NCBI GenBank assembly: GCA_947459635.1
Contig: CANHEA010000003.1
Location: forward strand, 3,386-67,385
Length of the DNA stretch: 64,000 nucleotides
Direction: 5' to 3'
Source of the DNA: Flavobacteriaceae bacterium
Lineage (GTDB): Bacteria; Bacteroidota; Bacteroidia; Flavobacteriales; Flavobacteriaceae
Part shown: positions 20,901 through 29,435 of the stretch, piece after piece
Numbering within the stretch: position 1 is the first letter of the stretch
Layout of the letters: every line of letters begins with the position of its first letter
Translations under genes and position numbers: made by a program
Notes under the pieces: generated by a model
The model's input: only the letters and a program-made list of their open reading frames with translations
Told to the model about the DNA's origin: nothing
Database searches by the model: none

Positions 20901-22503
20901 GGACGCTGCAGATTGGACCGCCATTGATCCAGAAGATTATTCGAATGTTGGGTTATATACACCATTTTCTTCTTATGTATATCAATATAACATAGATGGA
21001 GGTCCATGGCAGTTTACTACCACATTTAGCAACGTGGCCATCGGGACGCATGTTATTAATGTGGAAGATATTACGACTGGTTGTACATCATCGCTTACTA
21101 TAAACATTCAGTCGGAATTGGTAAACAATCCTGTAACTACAATTGGATATACCTCGCCAGTTTGTAATCTTTCAGGAAATCTTTTGCCAGATACTTCTAT
21201 AGTAGACTTTACGACTGGTGGTACCTATAGCTCAAATCCTAATACATTGGTAATAAATGCAAGCACAGGAGAAATAGATGTTGTTAGTTCACCTGCTGGA
21301 GATTATATTATTACTTACAGTGTGGCAGAGGATTTAACGCTATGTAGAAACGCAGGATTCTCTACTTTCCCAGTTACTATTACTGCGGTGCAGATTCCTG
21401 ATTTTGCAGCTGTTGGACCGTTCTGCTTTGAAACGGCAGTACCGAGTTTAACGGCAACCTCTCCTAACGGAATAGCAGGTACTTGGTCACCATCAGCAAT
21501 TGACAATACAATTCTTGGAGAAAGTATTTATACTTTTACTCCGGTTGAAGGACTGTGTGCAGAAGCTCAAACCTTAAGAGTAACAATTTATGCACCAAAT
21601 ATTACTCCAGTATTTACCGCAATCGCTGACTTCTGTGCCGGAACAACTGCGCCTGAGTTGCCAGCATCTCAAAACGGTATTTCAGGAAGTTGGTTTCCTG
21701 CTACAATCGATAATACAACTGTTGGAGCAAGTACTTATACGTTTACACCAGTTACTGGCCAATGTGCGAAAGTTCAAACTTTGACGGCGACGGTATTACC
21801 AAGTATAACTTCTAATTTTGCTGAGATTGCAACTATATGTTCAGGAGGAACCGTACCGACGTTAGAACCAAATTCTCCAAATGGCGTGGTTGGTACTTGG
21901 ACTCCAGATGTGATTAATCCGACGCAAGGACAAAACTATACGTTTACGCCTGCTCCAAATCAATGTGCAACAGGCCAAACGTTGGCTGTGACGATTGCTG
22001 AAAGTCCTCAATTCCAAGTAATAGGAGGATGTTTGAATGGCAATTACACACTTTCTGTTACCGCAGCGGATTTTGATGTAGAAACCGCAACATACGTATG
22101 GAAGTATGAAAACAATATTATTAGCGGACAAAACAACGCTACGATTGTTGTTTCTCAAACAGGAAACTATACTTGTGAAGTTGTTTATCAAGGATGTTCA
22201 ACAGAAGAACCATTTATTGCAATTTCTGTTTCTTGTACAATTCAAAAAGGTATTTCTCCTAAAGGAACTGGAGATGGTGATGGTTTGAATGACTATTTTG
22301 ATCTAGAAGGACAAAATGTGACAAAACTTGAGATTTTCAATAGATACGGAAGCAAAGTTTATAGTAAAGCTAATTACTCTAAGGAATGGTATGGTCAAAC
22401 CGATGGAGGTGATGAATTGCCAGACGGAACCTATTTCTACGTAATCGAAAGAAATGGCGAAGATTCAAAAACAGGTTGGATTTATATTAATCACGAATTA
22501 TAA
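14986..22503 (+). CDS. Giant T9SS type-B (gliding-motility CTD) adhesin: cleaved-adhesin-like N-domain, 8 Cys-containing FN3 domains, lamin-tail-like domain, repeats (start probably ATG 14986)
   Basis: Signal peptide MKKFIF...SYSQ; eight C..P...YVR..C...GP units; C-terminal ISP.G.GDG.ND...IFNRYG..V...W.G...LPDGTYFY...GWIYI; TAaaTTTG at 14930-14937. Confidence 0.92.
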   Translation: MKKFIFIFLLSFSSLLSYSQILFEDFESAPAAADASGVWAMNSGNWLVKDNRTNTGQNWQNTPGGPFTPYSGTKAAFINRENTGQGVLAEEWLITPQRTILANSQLRFFTRQTLVGDLGTKYQIRVSSAADPSDLTQYVDVLATPYSETDLSTLTVDQLDYEEKVIDLPFTGPRYIAFVKIFTQPGTAASGDRWLIDDVKIVEKCLDPIAPLGTPVVGATTTRMEWTSTNTSFQVQYGPAGFVLDVAAPNVVVSPVFTNSNAPRRRYDAVGLLSNTAYQFYVRSVCTDSNSNWVGPFNWTTLPLGRTCSEPIVATNPLPYSDSSNTTIYGNNIVNGSPGNAAQCGAGAGFLGGNDVVYTYTPTASGNIFISMNPNGATNTGVFVYASCATVGTTCIAGVGNATANLRVIPSLAVTAGIPIFIVISSTTATPTFPYTLTIQQATCPQPASGTATVLGPTSANASWVNGAGSLATAWEVAVQTAGSDVPSGAGTATTVNTNYLMTTTLDGTPLAAGTAYQYWVRAACGDGLFSPWSGPYLFTTALCELANQCNYEFVLSDLAGGWEGGRMEVRQNGLVVQTLGASLTGVGPLTVPVSLCNNLPFELFWSVAGNFPEEMKIVVKNGFGQQLFSMPVNSQTSIGTTLYTGMVDCLNPMCLRPTANPTVPAATITFNSAAVNWVSSGVPTIGWDIYVVLQGAPAPTAATVPSYSTVVAPPFTIPVGDLLPDTNYTVYVRSVCSVNGPSDWTGGTNFRTKEQCPKPTALLAGTLTPFGATLSWTNPSQTSWQILVQLASLPDPAPNDPAWTVVPGTVATYTVTGLLPETAYEYYVRTDCGGGLISNPAGPKAFTTTIACPKPTALTTSALTANGGTFGWTNPTGTAWQVLVLPAGSPAPTAGSTGWIAVNPGEAGAGPLWSWTYNGPLLSPETNYVYYVRTDCGGASGLSTWAGPKTFTTLPSCIKPTALSSTALQAFQVNLTWNTVATTTAWQVLALPQGSPAPTLASTGWIQVDASTPGFTITPAGTGFACTYTYTGLTAETAYSFYVRGYCGPAVVGDPGVSTWTGPRNVTTPPSCYKPSAQTATLITPFDPTQSPFNVSLGWTNNVNSPVAEWQISIQATGSPAPAVTQLGTTVTQNPYLATGLTPNTCYDYYVRSVCGGANGLSTWTGPFNFCTPPTCPQPINPGSTNPNEPTANLNWTEAGTATQWEYIFQTPLGPVPGNTTSGIITNGPAVSGVVTVNTGTLAPGFYEFYVRSRCSDSDKSAWTGPTTFFIALPPAVCASVDIDVATTSPGVIDLCPGENCVDLVAEFTDSKDTSTYSVLPVVFAPPFPFTGGTQLPVTTDDVWSAPFTLPFNFCFYGVNYPTVNVGSNGVITFNTQVANSNCPWAYTQSLPDPTMPILNAIYGVYQDINPFVDTAPIQRSINYQILGEAPCRAFVVNYYNIAQFSCNLTLPLQTSQIVLYETSNIIEVYVQDRVSCTGWNGGRGVIGIQDASGTVAHWPPDRNTGQWEAHNEAWRFTPDGNSNVEFSWLKDGAFYSSDPVINVCVSETTNMTAQAVYTGCGGQTSTKTEDVLLHINEIVIPAIPDAVACQSYTLPALTIGNYFSQTGGIGPIDPSIPITTPGVTTIYVYAETTSVPACEYEISFTVTIQDELVPPTLDPVASCDSYTLPSLASPFNYYTGPAGTGTMYTGLGGDIVSSSQQLYVYAQSGLCTAETTLDITIDTLQLLDQNSVSDCNEFNLGTITLPANNTFYTAPGGPTGIGTVIPSDTVITETQTVYVYAQFGSCVEEGNFTVNIFGIDPPTVSITQPTCVTTTGTIEVLTPVSPGGVLPNNLFISEVTDSNLGSLTYVELFNGTAAPIDLSNYKLKIYNNGNADPSTNCDIALTGTIGVNETNVIKVSTSPNQGGVTPDQVYADCAGVNNNDNIRLTTSADVLVDIWGRTDGTDFTPNNEPGYTYRRNSNATIPSTTWDAADWTAIDPEDYSNVGLYTPFSSYVYQYNIDGGPWQFTTTFSNVAIGTHVINVEDITTGCTSSLTINIQSELVNNPVTTIGYTSPVCNLSGNLLPDTSIVDFTTGGTYSSNPNTLVINASTGEIDVVSSPAGDYIITYSVAEDLTLCRNAGFSTFPVTITAVQIPDFAAVGPFCFETAVPSLTATSPNGIAGTWSPSAIDNTILGESIYTFTPVEGLCAEAQTLRVTIYAPNITPVFTAIADFCAGTTAPELPASQNGISGSWFPATIDNTTVGASTYTFTPVTGQCAKVQTLTATVLPSITSNFAEIATICSGGTVPTLEPNSPNGVVGTWTPDVINPTQGQNYTFTPAPNQCATGQTLAVTIAESPQFQVIGGCLNGNYTLSVTAADFDVETATYVWKYENNIISGQNNATIVVSQTGNYTCEVVYQGCSTEEPFIAISVSCTIQKGISPKGTGDGDGLNDYFDLEGQNVTKLEIFNRYGSKVYSKANYSKEWYGQTDGGDELPDGTYFYVIERNGEDSKTGWIYINHEL

Positions 22504-22570
22504 TAGAAAAAGGTAGAAATTTGTTGTATGGACGCCAAACAGCAAAGCAAACAATTCAAAACATACTAAG

Positions 22571-23494
22571 ATGAAGAAAATATTTTTTACTACTTTACTT
22601 ACGGTCTTCGCATTAATTGATTCCAATGCACAACAAGACCCACATTATACACAATACATGTATAATATGAACGTCATTAATCCTGCCTATGCTGGTTCAA
22701 AAGAGAATTTATCCTTCGGATTGCTCTACCGCAAACAATGGGTAGATGTTGAAGGCGCTCCGGCAACATTCTCACTTGCGGGCTCGATGCCAGTTGGGAA
22801 GAATGTCGGCGTTGGTTTGTCGGTTATATCAGATAAGATCGGCCCAGTTGAAGAAAACAATGTCTATGGAGATTTCTCTTATACTTTGAATTTGGGTGGG
22901 GAACATCGATTGGCGTTTGGTATGAAAGCGGGTGCTACGTTTCACAAAGTAGGCTTGTTTAGTGAAATTGGGAATGGCAATGTTCCTGACCCGAATGACC
23001 CAGCGTTTGCCGAAGACACCAACAATACGTTTTTGAATATTGGTTCTGGACTTTTCTACTATACTCAAAAATACTACATCGCTTTCTCGGTTCCGAACAT
23101 GCTAAAATCAAAGCACTTAGATTATAATGGAAGACAGTATGGTACGGAAACCGCGCACTACTTCTTAACTGGAGGTTATGTATTTGACTTGTCAGAGAAT
23201 GTCAAATTCAAGCCATTTACGATGATTAAGTCTGCTTTTGGCGCACCAGTTTCGTATGATATTTCAACCAACTTCTTGTTTAATGAGAAGTTCGAAATTG
23301 GAGCAACCTACCGAAAAGAAGACAGTTTTGGTGCCATGGTTAATTATGCCATTAGTCCAAATTTGAGAATCGGTTACGCCTACGACCATGTTATTTCGGA
23401 TTTGAAAGTGGCAACAACCTCTTCTCACGAAATCATATTGTTATTCGACTTGAATTTCCCGAAAAAAGTATCACAATCACCTAGATATTTCTAA
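22571..23494 (+). CDS. PorP/SprF family T9SS membrane protein
   Basis: QQDPHYTQYMYN..INPAYAG, YRKQW, IGYAYD, SHE, SPRYF; directly follows a type-B cargo gene. Confidence 0.95.
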   Translation: MKKIFFTTLLTVFALIDSNAQQDPHYTQYMYNMNVINPAYAGSKENLSFGLLYRKQWVDVEGAPATFSLAGSMPVGKNVGVGLSVISDKIGPVEENNVYGDFSYTLNLGGEHRLAFGMKAGATFHKVGLFSEIGNGNVPDPNDPAFAEDTNNTFLNIGSGLFYYTQKYYIAFSVPNMLKSKHLDYNGRQYGTETAHYFLTGGYVFDLSENVKFKPFTMIKSAFGAPVSYDISTNFLFNEKFEIGATYRKEDSFGAMVNYAISPNLRIGYAYDHVISDLKVATTSSHEIILLFDLNFPKKVSQSPRYF

Positions 23495-23512
23495 AATAAA
23501 AAGTAATCTAAC

Positions 23513-25381
23513 ATGAAAAACTTCTTTACAGTGCTATGTTTCGTGATTGTAATTTCTGAGTGCATTTCACAAAATTCAACAACCCAAAAAGCTGATCGAT
23601 ACTATAATCAATATGAGTACGTACAGGCTGCTGATGCTTATTTAAAAATAATAGAAAATGGAAAAGCAGATGGTTACGTATACAAACAATTAGCGGATTC
23701 GTATTTCAATATGTTTAATACCGTTGAAGCGGCAAAATGGTATGCCAAGGCAGTACTATCGCCACAAGACGCTGAGACTTATTATCGCTATGCACAAATG
23801 CTAAAGTCAAATGGTAAGTATGAAGAAGCTAATAAGCAAATGCAACAGTTTGCCAACAAAATGCCTAATGATCAGCGAGCAAAAACGTTTAAAGAAAACC
23901 CGAACTACATTCCAAAGTTGTTTGATATCTCTAAATTATATGAAATTAAATCTGCCACATTCAACTCGGACAAGACCGATTTTGGAGCGGTTTTGACCAA
24001 TAGCTCGGTTTATTTTACGAGTACACGAAACAACTCTAGAAAAGATTACGGCTGGAATAAAGAACCGTATTTAGATATGTACCAAGGAGATTTCAATTCT
24101 GATCAATCGATAACCAATGTTAGAAATGTTACTTCCCTCAATTCAAAATATCACGATGGCCCGGCCACTTTGAGTGCAGACGGAAACACCATCTATTTCG
24201 CTAGCGATAGTTTTAGAGAATCTTCCTTTGAAAAGGATTCCAAAAACAAATTGAAATTAGGAAAAAACAACTTGTTCAAATCGACTAAAAATGGCGACAC
24301 TTGGAGTGCTCCCATTTCACTTCCTTTCAATAGCAACGCTTATTCGACAAGTAATCCAAGCCTAAGCAAAGATGGCAAAACGCTTTACTTTTCATCAGAT
24401 ATGCCAGGAAGTTTAGGCGGAGTCGACATCTGGAAAGTCTCCATTGATGCCGACAATTCATACGGAAAACCACAGAATCTTGGTAGCATAGTTAATACTG
24501 AAGGAAATGAGAGTTTTCCTTTTATCGCCGACGATAACGCAACGCTATATTTCGCCTCCAGCGGAAAACCTGGATTAGGTGGATTGGATGTTTTTAAAAT
24601 TGATTTAAGTAAATCCGAAGAAGCAACAAATCTTGGAAAACCGATTAATACGGAAAAAGATGACTTTGCATTTACATATGATAAGGCACAAAACCTCGGA
24701 TTCTTGTCAAGTAATCGAACAGGGAACGATGATATTTTTGAAGTGAAAACCATTTGCAACGTTGATGTATTAACGGTAGTTACTAACGCTAAGACTGGTG
24801 CTATTATGCCAAATGCTTCTGTTTCGATTGTTGATGATAAGAAAAATGTCATCGCAACAACAGCATCAAATGAACAAGGTTTAGTAACGTATAAAGTAGA
24901 TTGTAACAAATCGTATGCGATCATTGCGTCAAAAGATGGATTCGAAAGCAATACATTTGAAGTAGCCAAAAGTACGGGAGGGACAATCAATATTGCAGCA
25001 GCATTGCAACCTATAGATGTTATTATTACTGATACTGAAGTGGTTTTGAATCCAATTTACTTTGAATATAATAAAAGTAACATTACACAAGAAGGAGCCT
25101 TTGAACTTGACAAACTAGTACAAGTAATGAAGAATAAAAACAATCTTGTTATCTTGGCTAAAGCACATACCGACAATCGAGGAAGTGATGCGTTTAACCT
25201 TGCGTTATCTGACCGAAGAGCAAAAGCAACGGCACAATATGTCATTTCAAAAGGAATTGCAGCGTATAGAATTTCAGGAAAAGGTATGGGCGAAAGTGAA
25301 CCAAAAGTGGATTGTAAAGAAAATTGTACAGAAGAGCAACATGCGCAAAACAGACGTTCCGAATTTCTTATTGTAAAATAA
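23513..25381 (+). CDS. PorE-like TPR/PD40/OmpA peptidoglycan-binding protein
   Basis: N-terminal TPR, PD40 repeats (YFSSDMPG, GGLD), HTDNRG...N..LS.RRA...NRR. Confidence 0.92.
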   Translation: MKNFFTVLCFVIVISECISQNSTTQKADRYYNQYEYVQAADAYLKIIENGKADGYVYKQLADSYFNMFNTVEAAKWYAKAVLSPQDAETYYRYAQMLKSNGKYEEANKQMQQFANKMPNDQRAKTFKENPNYIPKLFDISKLYEIKSATFNSDKTDFGAVLTNSSVYFTSTRNNSRKDYGWNKEPYLDMYQGDFNSDQSITNVRNVTSLNSKYHDGPATLSADGNTIYFASDSFRESSFEKDSKNKLKLGKNNLFKSTKNGDTWSAPISLPFNSNAYSTSNPSLSKDGKTLYFSSDMPGSLGGVDIWKVSIDADNSYGKPQNLGSIVNTEGNESFPFIADDNATLYFASSGKPGLGGLDVFKIDLSKSEEATNLGKPINTEKDDFAFTYDKAQNLGFLSSNRTGNDDIFEVKTICNVDVLTVVTNAKTGAIMPNASVSIVDDKKNVIATTASNEQGLVTYKVDCNKSYAIIASKDGFESNTFEVAKSTGGTINIAAALQPIDVIITDTEVVLNPIYFEYNKSNITQEGAFELDKLVQVMKNKNNLVILAKAHTDNRGSDAFNLALSDRRAKATAQYVISKGIAAYRISGKGMGESEPKVDCKENCTEEQHAQNRRSEFLIVK

Positions 25382-25497
25382 AGTTTTTTCTTTCTTTTTC
25401 GAAAAAAACAAAAAAAATAGTTCCGTAACTGTTCTGGAGTTCAATATTTTAAATTACAATAATTATATTTACAGAATTATTCTAAACCTTAAATATT

Positions 25498-28400
25498 ATG
25501 AAAGCCACAATTACATTTATGATTTTTCTAGTATCCTTCTGTGGATACAGCCAAAAAGGAAGTTCTTTTTGGACCTCAAGTACAAAGTCTGTTTCTTCAC
25601 CAATTGATGAAAACAAAAAAGACCTCAAAAACGCAGCACTTTTCGAATTAGATTTTGATGCAATTCAAATGGCGTTATCTAAAGCGCCAAGTAGATTTGA
25701 AAATAGATCAAAGTCGACTTGCATCGTTGCAATTCCAAATGCAGATGGGCAATTAGAGCAATTTCAGTTCTTCCAGTTTTCAAACATGGATCCTGAATTG
25801 GCAAAGAAATTCCCGAACATTAATTCCTATGTTGGTAGGAGCATTGAAAACAAAGGCGGAACAATTTATTGCAGTGTTTCACCATTGGGTTTTCAAAGTA
25901 TGCTTCTAAACGCGGATAATACCTCTGTATTTATTGAACCTTACACAAAGGATTTAAGTGCCTACGCAGTATACAAAAAGACAGATCATGCTGGTAGTTC
26001 ATTAACACCATTTGAGTGCCGACTAAGTCAAGAAATACTTGCGGAAACTAGAACTTCAATTGCCGCAAGACCCAATGCGGACGACGGTACCTTAAGAACC
26101 TACAGACTTGCTCTTTCTGTGACAGGAGAATATACCGCATATTTCGGCGGTACAAAATCATTGGCATTAGCAGGAATGAACAACTCTATGACGCGTGTCA
26201 ACGGTGTTTTTGAAAAGGATTTCGGTGTTCATATGAATTTGATCGCCAATAATGAAGTTCTGATTTACACCAACGCAACAACTGATCCTTATTCTAACGG
26301 AACGACTGGGTCGGCTGGCGCGTGGAATACGGAGCTTCAAAACAACTTGACCGCAACAATTGGAAATGCCGCTTATGACATTGGTCATTTATTCGGAGCC
26401 AGTGGTGGCGGTGGAAATGCCGGTTGTATTGGTTGTATTTGTGTAGATGATAGTGCAAGTACGACCGACAAGAATAAAGGAAGTGGATTTACTTCACCAA
26501 ACAACGCAATTCCTGCGGGAGACACCTTTGATATTGATTATGTTGCCCACGAAATGGGACATCAATTTGGCGCTAACCACACTTTTACACATAGTAATGA
26601 ATCTGGCTCAATTGCACAAATGGAACCCGGAAGTGGTTCTACCATTATGGGCTATGCCGGAATAACAACCAAAGATGTTCAACCCAATTCCGATGCTTAT
26701 TTTCATGCGATTAGTATTCAACAAGTTACCAATAATATCAAGGCTAAAACGTGTTCAGTTAATGTAGCGACAGGTAATGCAATTCCAACCGCTAGTGCTG
26801 GCGCAGATTTTACAATTCCCAAGAGCACTCCTTTTATGCTGACTGGTTCTGGAACGGACGCCAACGGAGACCAATTAACTTATAACTGGGAACAAATGGA
26901 TGTTGGTTCAACAACCACAACAATCCCGGCAGCAACCAATACTGCTGGTCCAAATTTTAGATCTTATAATTCAAGTCTTTCTCCCGTTAGATATTTTCCA
27001 AATATGACGTCTGTCTTAGCTGGCGCAACTACCACTAGTGGAACTGAAATTATAGTAGAGGCTTTGCCTTCGATTGCAAAAACAATGAATTTCAGAATGA
27101 CCGTTCGCGACAACAATCCGAATGGACCCGCCAATAATAGTGACGATGCCGTAATTACCGTTAATGCTACGGCAGGTCCTTTTTCTATCACGTCACCAAA
27201 TACGGTGGTTTCCTATGCTGGAAATACATCTCAAACCATTACGTGGGCAGTTGCAGGTACAACTGCAAATGGGGTAAATTGCGCTAATGTAGATATCCTT
27301 TTGTCAACCGATGGTGGACTTACGTTTCCAATTACTTTGCTTGATGCAACGCCAAACGATGGTACGGAAGCGGTTATCATTCCAAATGCTGCAGGAACAA
27401 CAAATAGAATTATGATCAAAGGAAGTGGACATGTTTTCTTTGATGTTTCCAATACAAATTTCACCATCACTAGTGGAGTTGCAGACAATACTGCGCCAAC
27501 ACCACCTACTCTAGTTGCCTCAAACACCACCGCAAGTTCAACGCTTTTAAGCTGGTCTGGAGCAACGGATAACATCGCGGTTACGAGTTATTCAATTTAT
27601 AGAAATGGTGTACTTGTAGGCACATCAACTAGCACGACATACACCGCTGCTGGCTTGTCAGCAGCAACACCATATACTTTTACAGTAAAAGCAAAAGATG
27701 CCGATGGTAACTTATCAATTGATAGTAATTCCGTTAGTATTACCACACTAGCCGCTGATTCAACAGCTCCTTCTGCACCAGTTTTAAACAATAGCTTGAC
27801 AACAATCAATTCAACATTTTTGTTATGGACTGCTGCTACGGACAATATTGCTGTTGTGAGTTATGATGTTTATAAAAATGGCTTTTTTATAGCAAATACA
27901 GCGGTTACCTCTTACTTAGTTACGGGACTGGTTGCAGGTACTGCATATACGTTTTCCGTGAAAGCCAAAGATGCAGCTGGTAATGCTTCTGTGAACAGCA
28001 ATATTTTGAATGTTACCACACTAGCGCCAGACGTCACGCCTCCAACGCCACCGACATTGAGTGCTTCTGGAACAACATCTACTTCGACAGTGCTATCTTG
28101 GTCGGGTGCTACTGATAATGTTGGAATAGCTGCTTACGACGTCTATCGTGGTGCGACATTGGTTGGTACAACTGCTACTTTAACTTATACGGTAACTGGA
28201 CTTTCTCCGCTAACGCCATATTCATTTTCTGTTAAAGCGAAAGATGATGCTGGAAATGTTTCTACCGCAAGCAATGTTGTTTCGATTACCACTGCTGAAT
28301 TTACTTATTGTACCTCACAAGGAAATAATGTCAATGATGAATTGATTGGCAATGTACAGCTGGGAACTATCAACAACACTTCGGTTGGTGGCACTGGTTA

Positions 28401-29310
28401 TACCAATTTTACAAACCTGTCAACCACGCTTGTCGTTGGAAGCACACAAACAATTTCTATTACACCTGTCTGGACGGGTAACATTTTCAGCGAAGGATAT
28501 GCTGTCTTTATTGATTACAACAGGGATGGCGATTTCTTGGATGTTGGAGAAACAGTGTATACCAGAGCGGCCTCGACAACAACTCCAGTAACTGGTACAT
28601 TTACAATACCATTAACAGCAACAATTGGTACAACCAGAATGCGTGTATCTATGAAATATAACGCAATCCCAACTGCATGTGAAACTTTTTCATTTGGTCA
28701 AGTTGAAGATTATTCAATAAATTTCGTAGCGCCAAATACGACACTAAACCTAAAGTTGTATATTGAAGGTTACTACGATGCACCAACACACGCCATGACG
28801 CCTGTAATCGCTAATCAAGGCATTGGATCTAGCGCTACCGATGTAGATGAAATTACGGTAGAATTGCGCAATGCCTCAACGTTTGCAGTGGTCGCTACTA
28901 CAACGGCAGTATTAAAAACGGATGGCACAGCAAGTTGCATCTTTAATTCAAGTAATACAGGCTCTTACTATATTGCAGTAAAACATCGAAGTGCAGTACA
29001 AACTTGGAGTAATCAACCTATTTCCTTTGCAAGTAATCCGACATCGTACGATTTCTCGAACGCATTGATCAAAGCATTTGGATTGAATTTACGTGAATTA
29101 GAACCAGGAGTATTTGGATTATTCATCGGAGATATTAATCAAGATGAATCGATAGACAATTCCGACTCAACAGACTTATTTAACGACATCGAAAATTCTA
29201 ATTTTGGTTTCTTGGCAACCGACCTGAACGGAGATGGTAGCGTAGATAACTCGGACTCGGAAAATTTCTTTAACAATATTGACAACTCTGTATTTTCAAA
29301 TCATCCATAA
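25498..29310 (+). CDS. Reprolysin-like (M12B) zinc metalloprotease with 3 FN3, GEVED and C-terminal dockerin-like module
   Basis: HEMGHQFGANH, Met-turn TIMGY, three D..(A/P)P..P/ATDN FN3 units, GQVEDY, two GD.N.D..(I/V)D..D loops. Confidence 0.9.
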   Translation: MKATITFMIFLVSFCGYSQKGSSFWTSSTKSVSSPIDENKKDLKNAALFELDFDAIQMALSKAPSRFENRSKSTCIVAIPNADGQLEQFQFFQFSNMDPELAKKFPNINSYVGRSIENKGGTIYCSVSPLGFQSMLLNADNTSVFIEPYTKDLSAYAVYKKTDHAGSSLTPFECRLSQEILAETRTSIAARPNADDGTLRTYRLALSVTGEYTAYFGGTKSLALAGMNNSMTRVNGVFEKDFGVHMNLIANNEVLIYTNATTDPYSNGTTGSAGAWNTELQNNLTATIGNAAYDIGHLFGASGGGGNAGCIGCICVDDSASTTDKNKGSGFTSPNNAIPAGDTFDIDYVAHEMGHQFGANHTFTHSNESGSIAQMEPGSGSTIMGYAGITTKDVQPNSDAYFHAISIQQVTNNIKAKTCSVNVATGNAIPTASAGADFTIPKSTPFMLTGSGTDANGDQLTYNWEQMDVGSTTTTIPAATNTAGPNFRSYNSSLSPVRYFPNMTSVLAGATTTSGTEIIVEALPSIAKTMNFRMTVRDNNPNGPANNSDDAVITVNATAGPFSITSPNTVVSYAGNTSQTITWAVAGTTANGVNCANVDILLSTDGGLTFPITLLDATPNDGTEAVIIPNAAGTTNRIMIKGSGHVFFDVSNTNFTITSGVADNTAPTPPTLVASNTTASSTLLSWSGATDNIAVTSYSIYRNGVLVGTSTSTTYTAAGLSAATPYTFTVKAKDADGNLSIDSNSVSITTLAADSTAPSAPVLNNSLTTINSTFLLWTAATDNIAVVSYDVYKNGFFIANTAVTSYLVTGLVAGTAYTFSVKAKDAAGNASVNSNILNVTTLAPDVTPPTPPTLSASGTTSTSTVLSWSGATDNVGIAAYDVYRGATLVGTTATLTYTVTGLSPLTPYSFSVKAKDDAGNVSTASNVVSITTAEFTYCTSQGNNVNDELIGNVQLGTINNTSVGGTGYTNFTNLSTTLVVGSTQTISITPVWTGNIFSEGYAVFIDYNRDGDFLDVGETVYTRAASTTTPVTGTFTIPLTATIGTTRMRVSMKYNAIPTACETFSFGQVEDYSINFVAPNTTLNLKLYIEGYYDAPTHAMTPVIANQGIGSSATDVDEITVELRNASTFAVVATTTAVLKTDGTASCIFNSSNTGSYYIAVKHRSAVQTWSNQPISFASNPTSYDFSNALIKAFGLNLRELEPGVFGLFIGDINQDESIDNSDSTDLFNDIENSNFGFLATDLNGDGSVDNSDSENFFNNIDNSVFSNHP

Positions 29311-29435
29311 ATAATTATCGGAAAGTCATAAGAAAAGAAGTAATCATGCTAATTATTTGTTAATTCTGAAAATGCTAGAATGGCGGTCGACAAGATAGAA
29401 GTATAAATGTTTACTTTTGAGCGTAAATAACTATT

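Noticed and set aside
24385-24990. 201-aa minus-strand ORF
   Set aside because: Antisense shadow of the OmpA-family gene.
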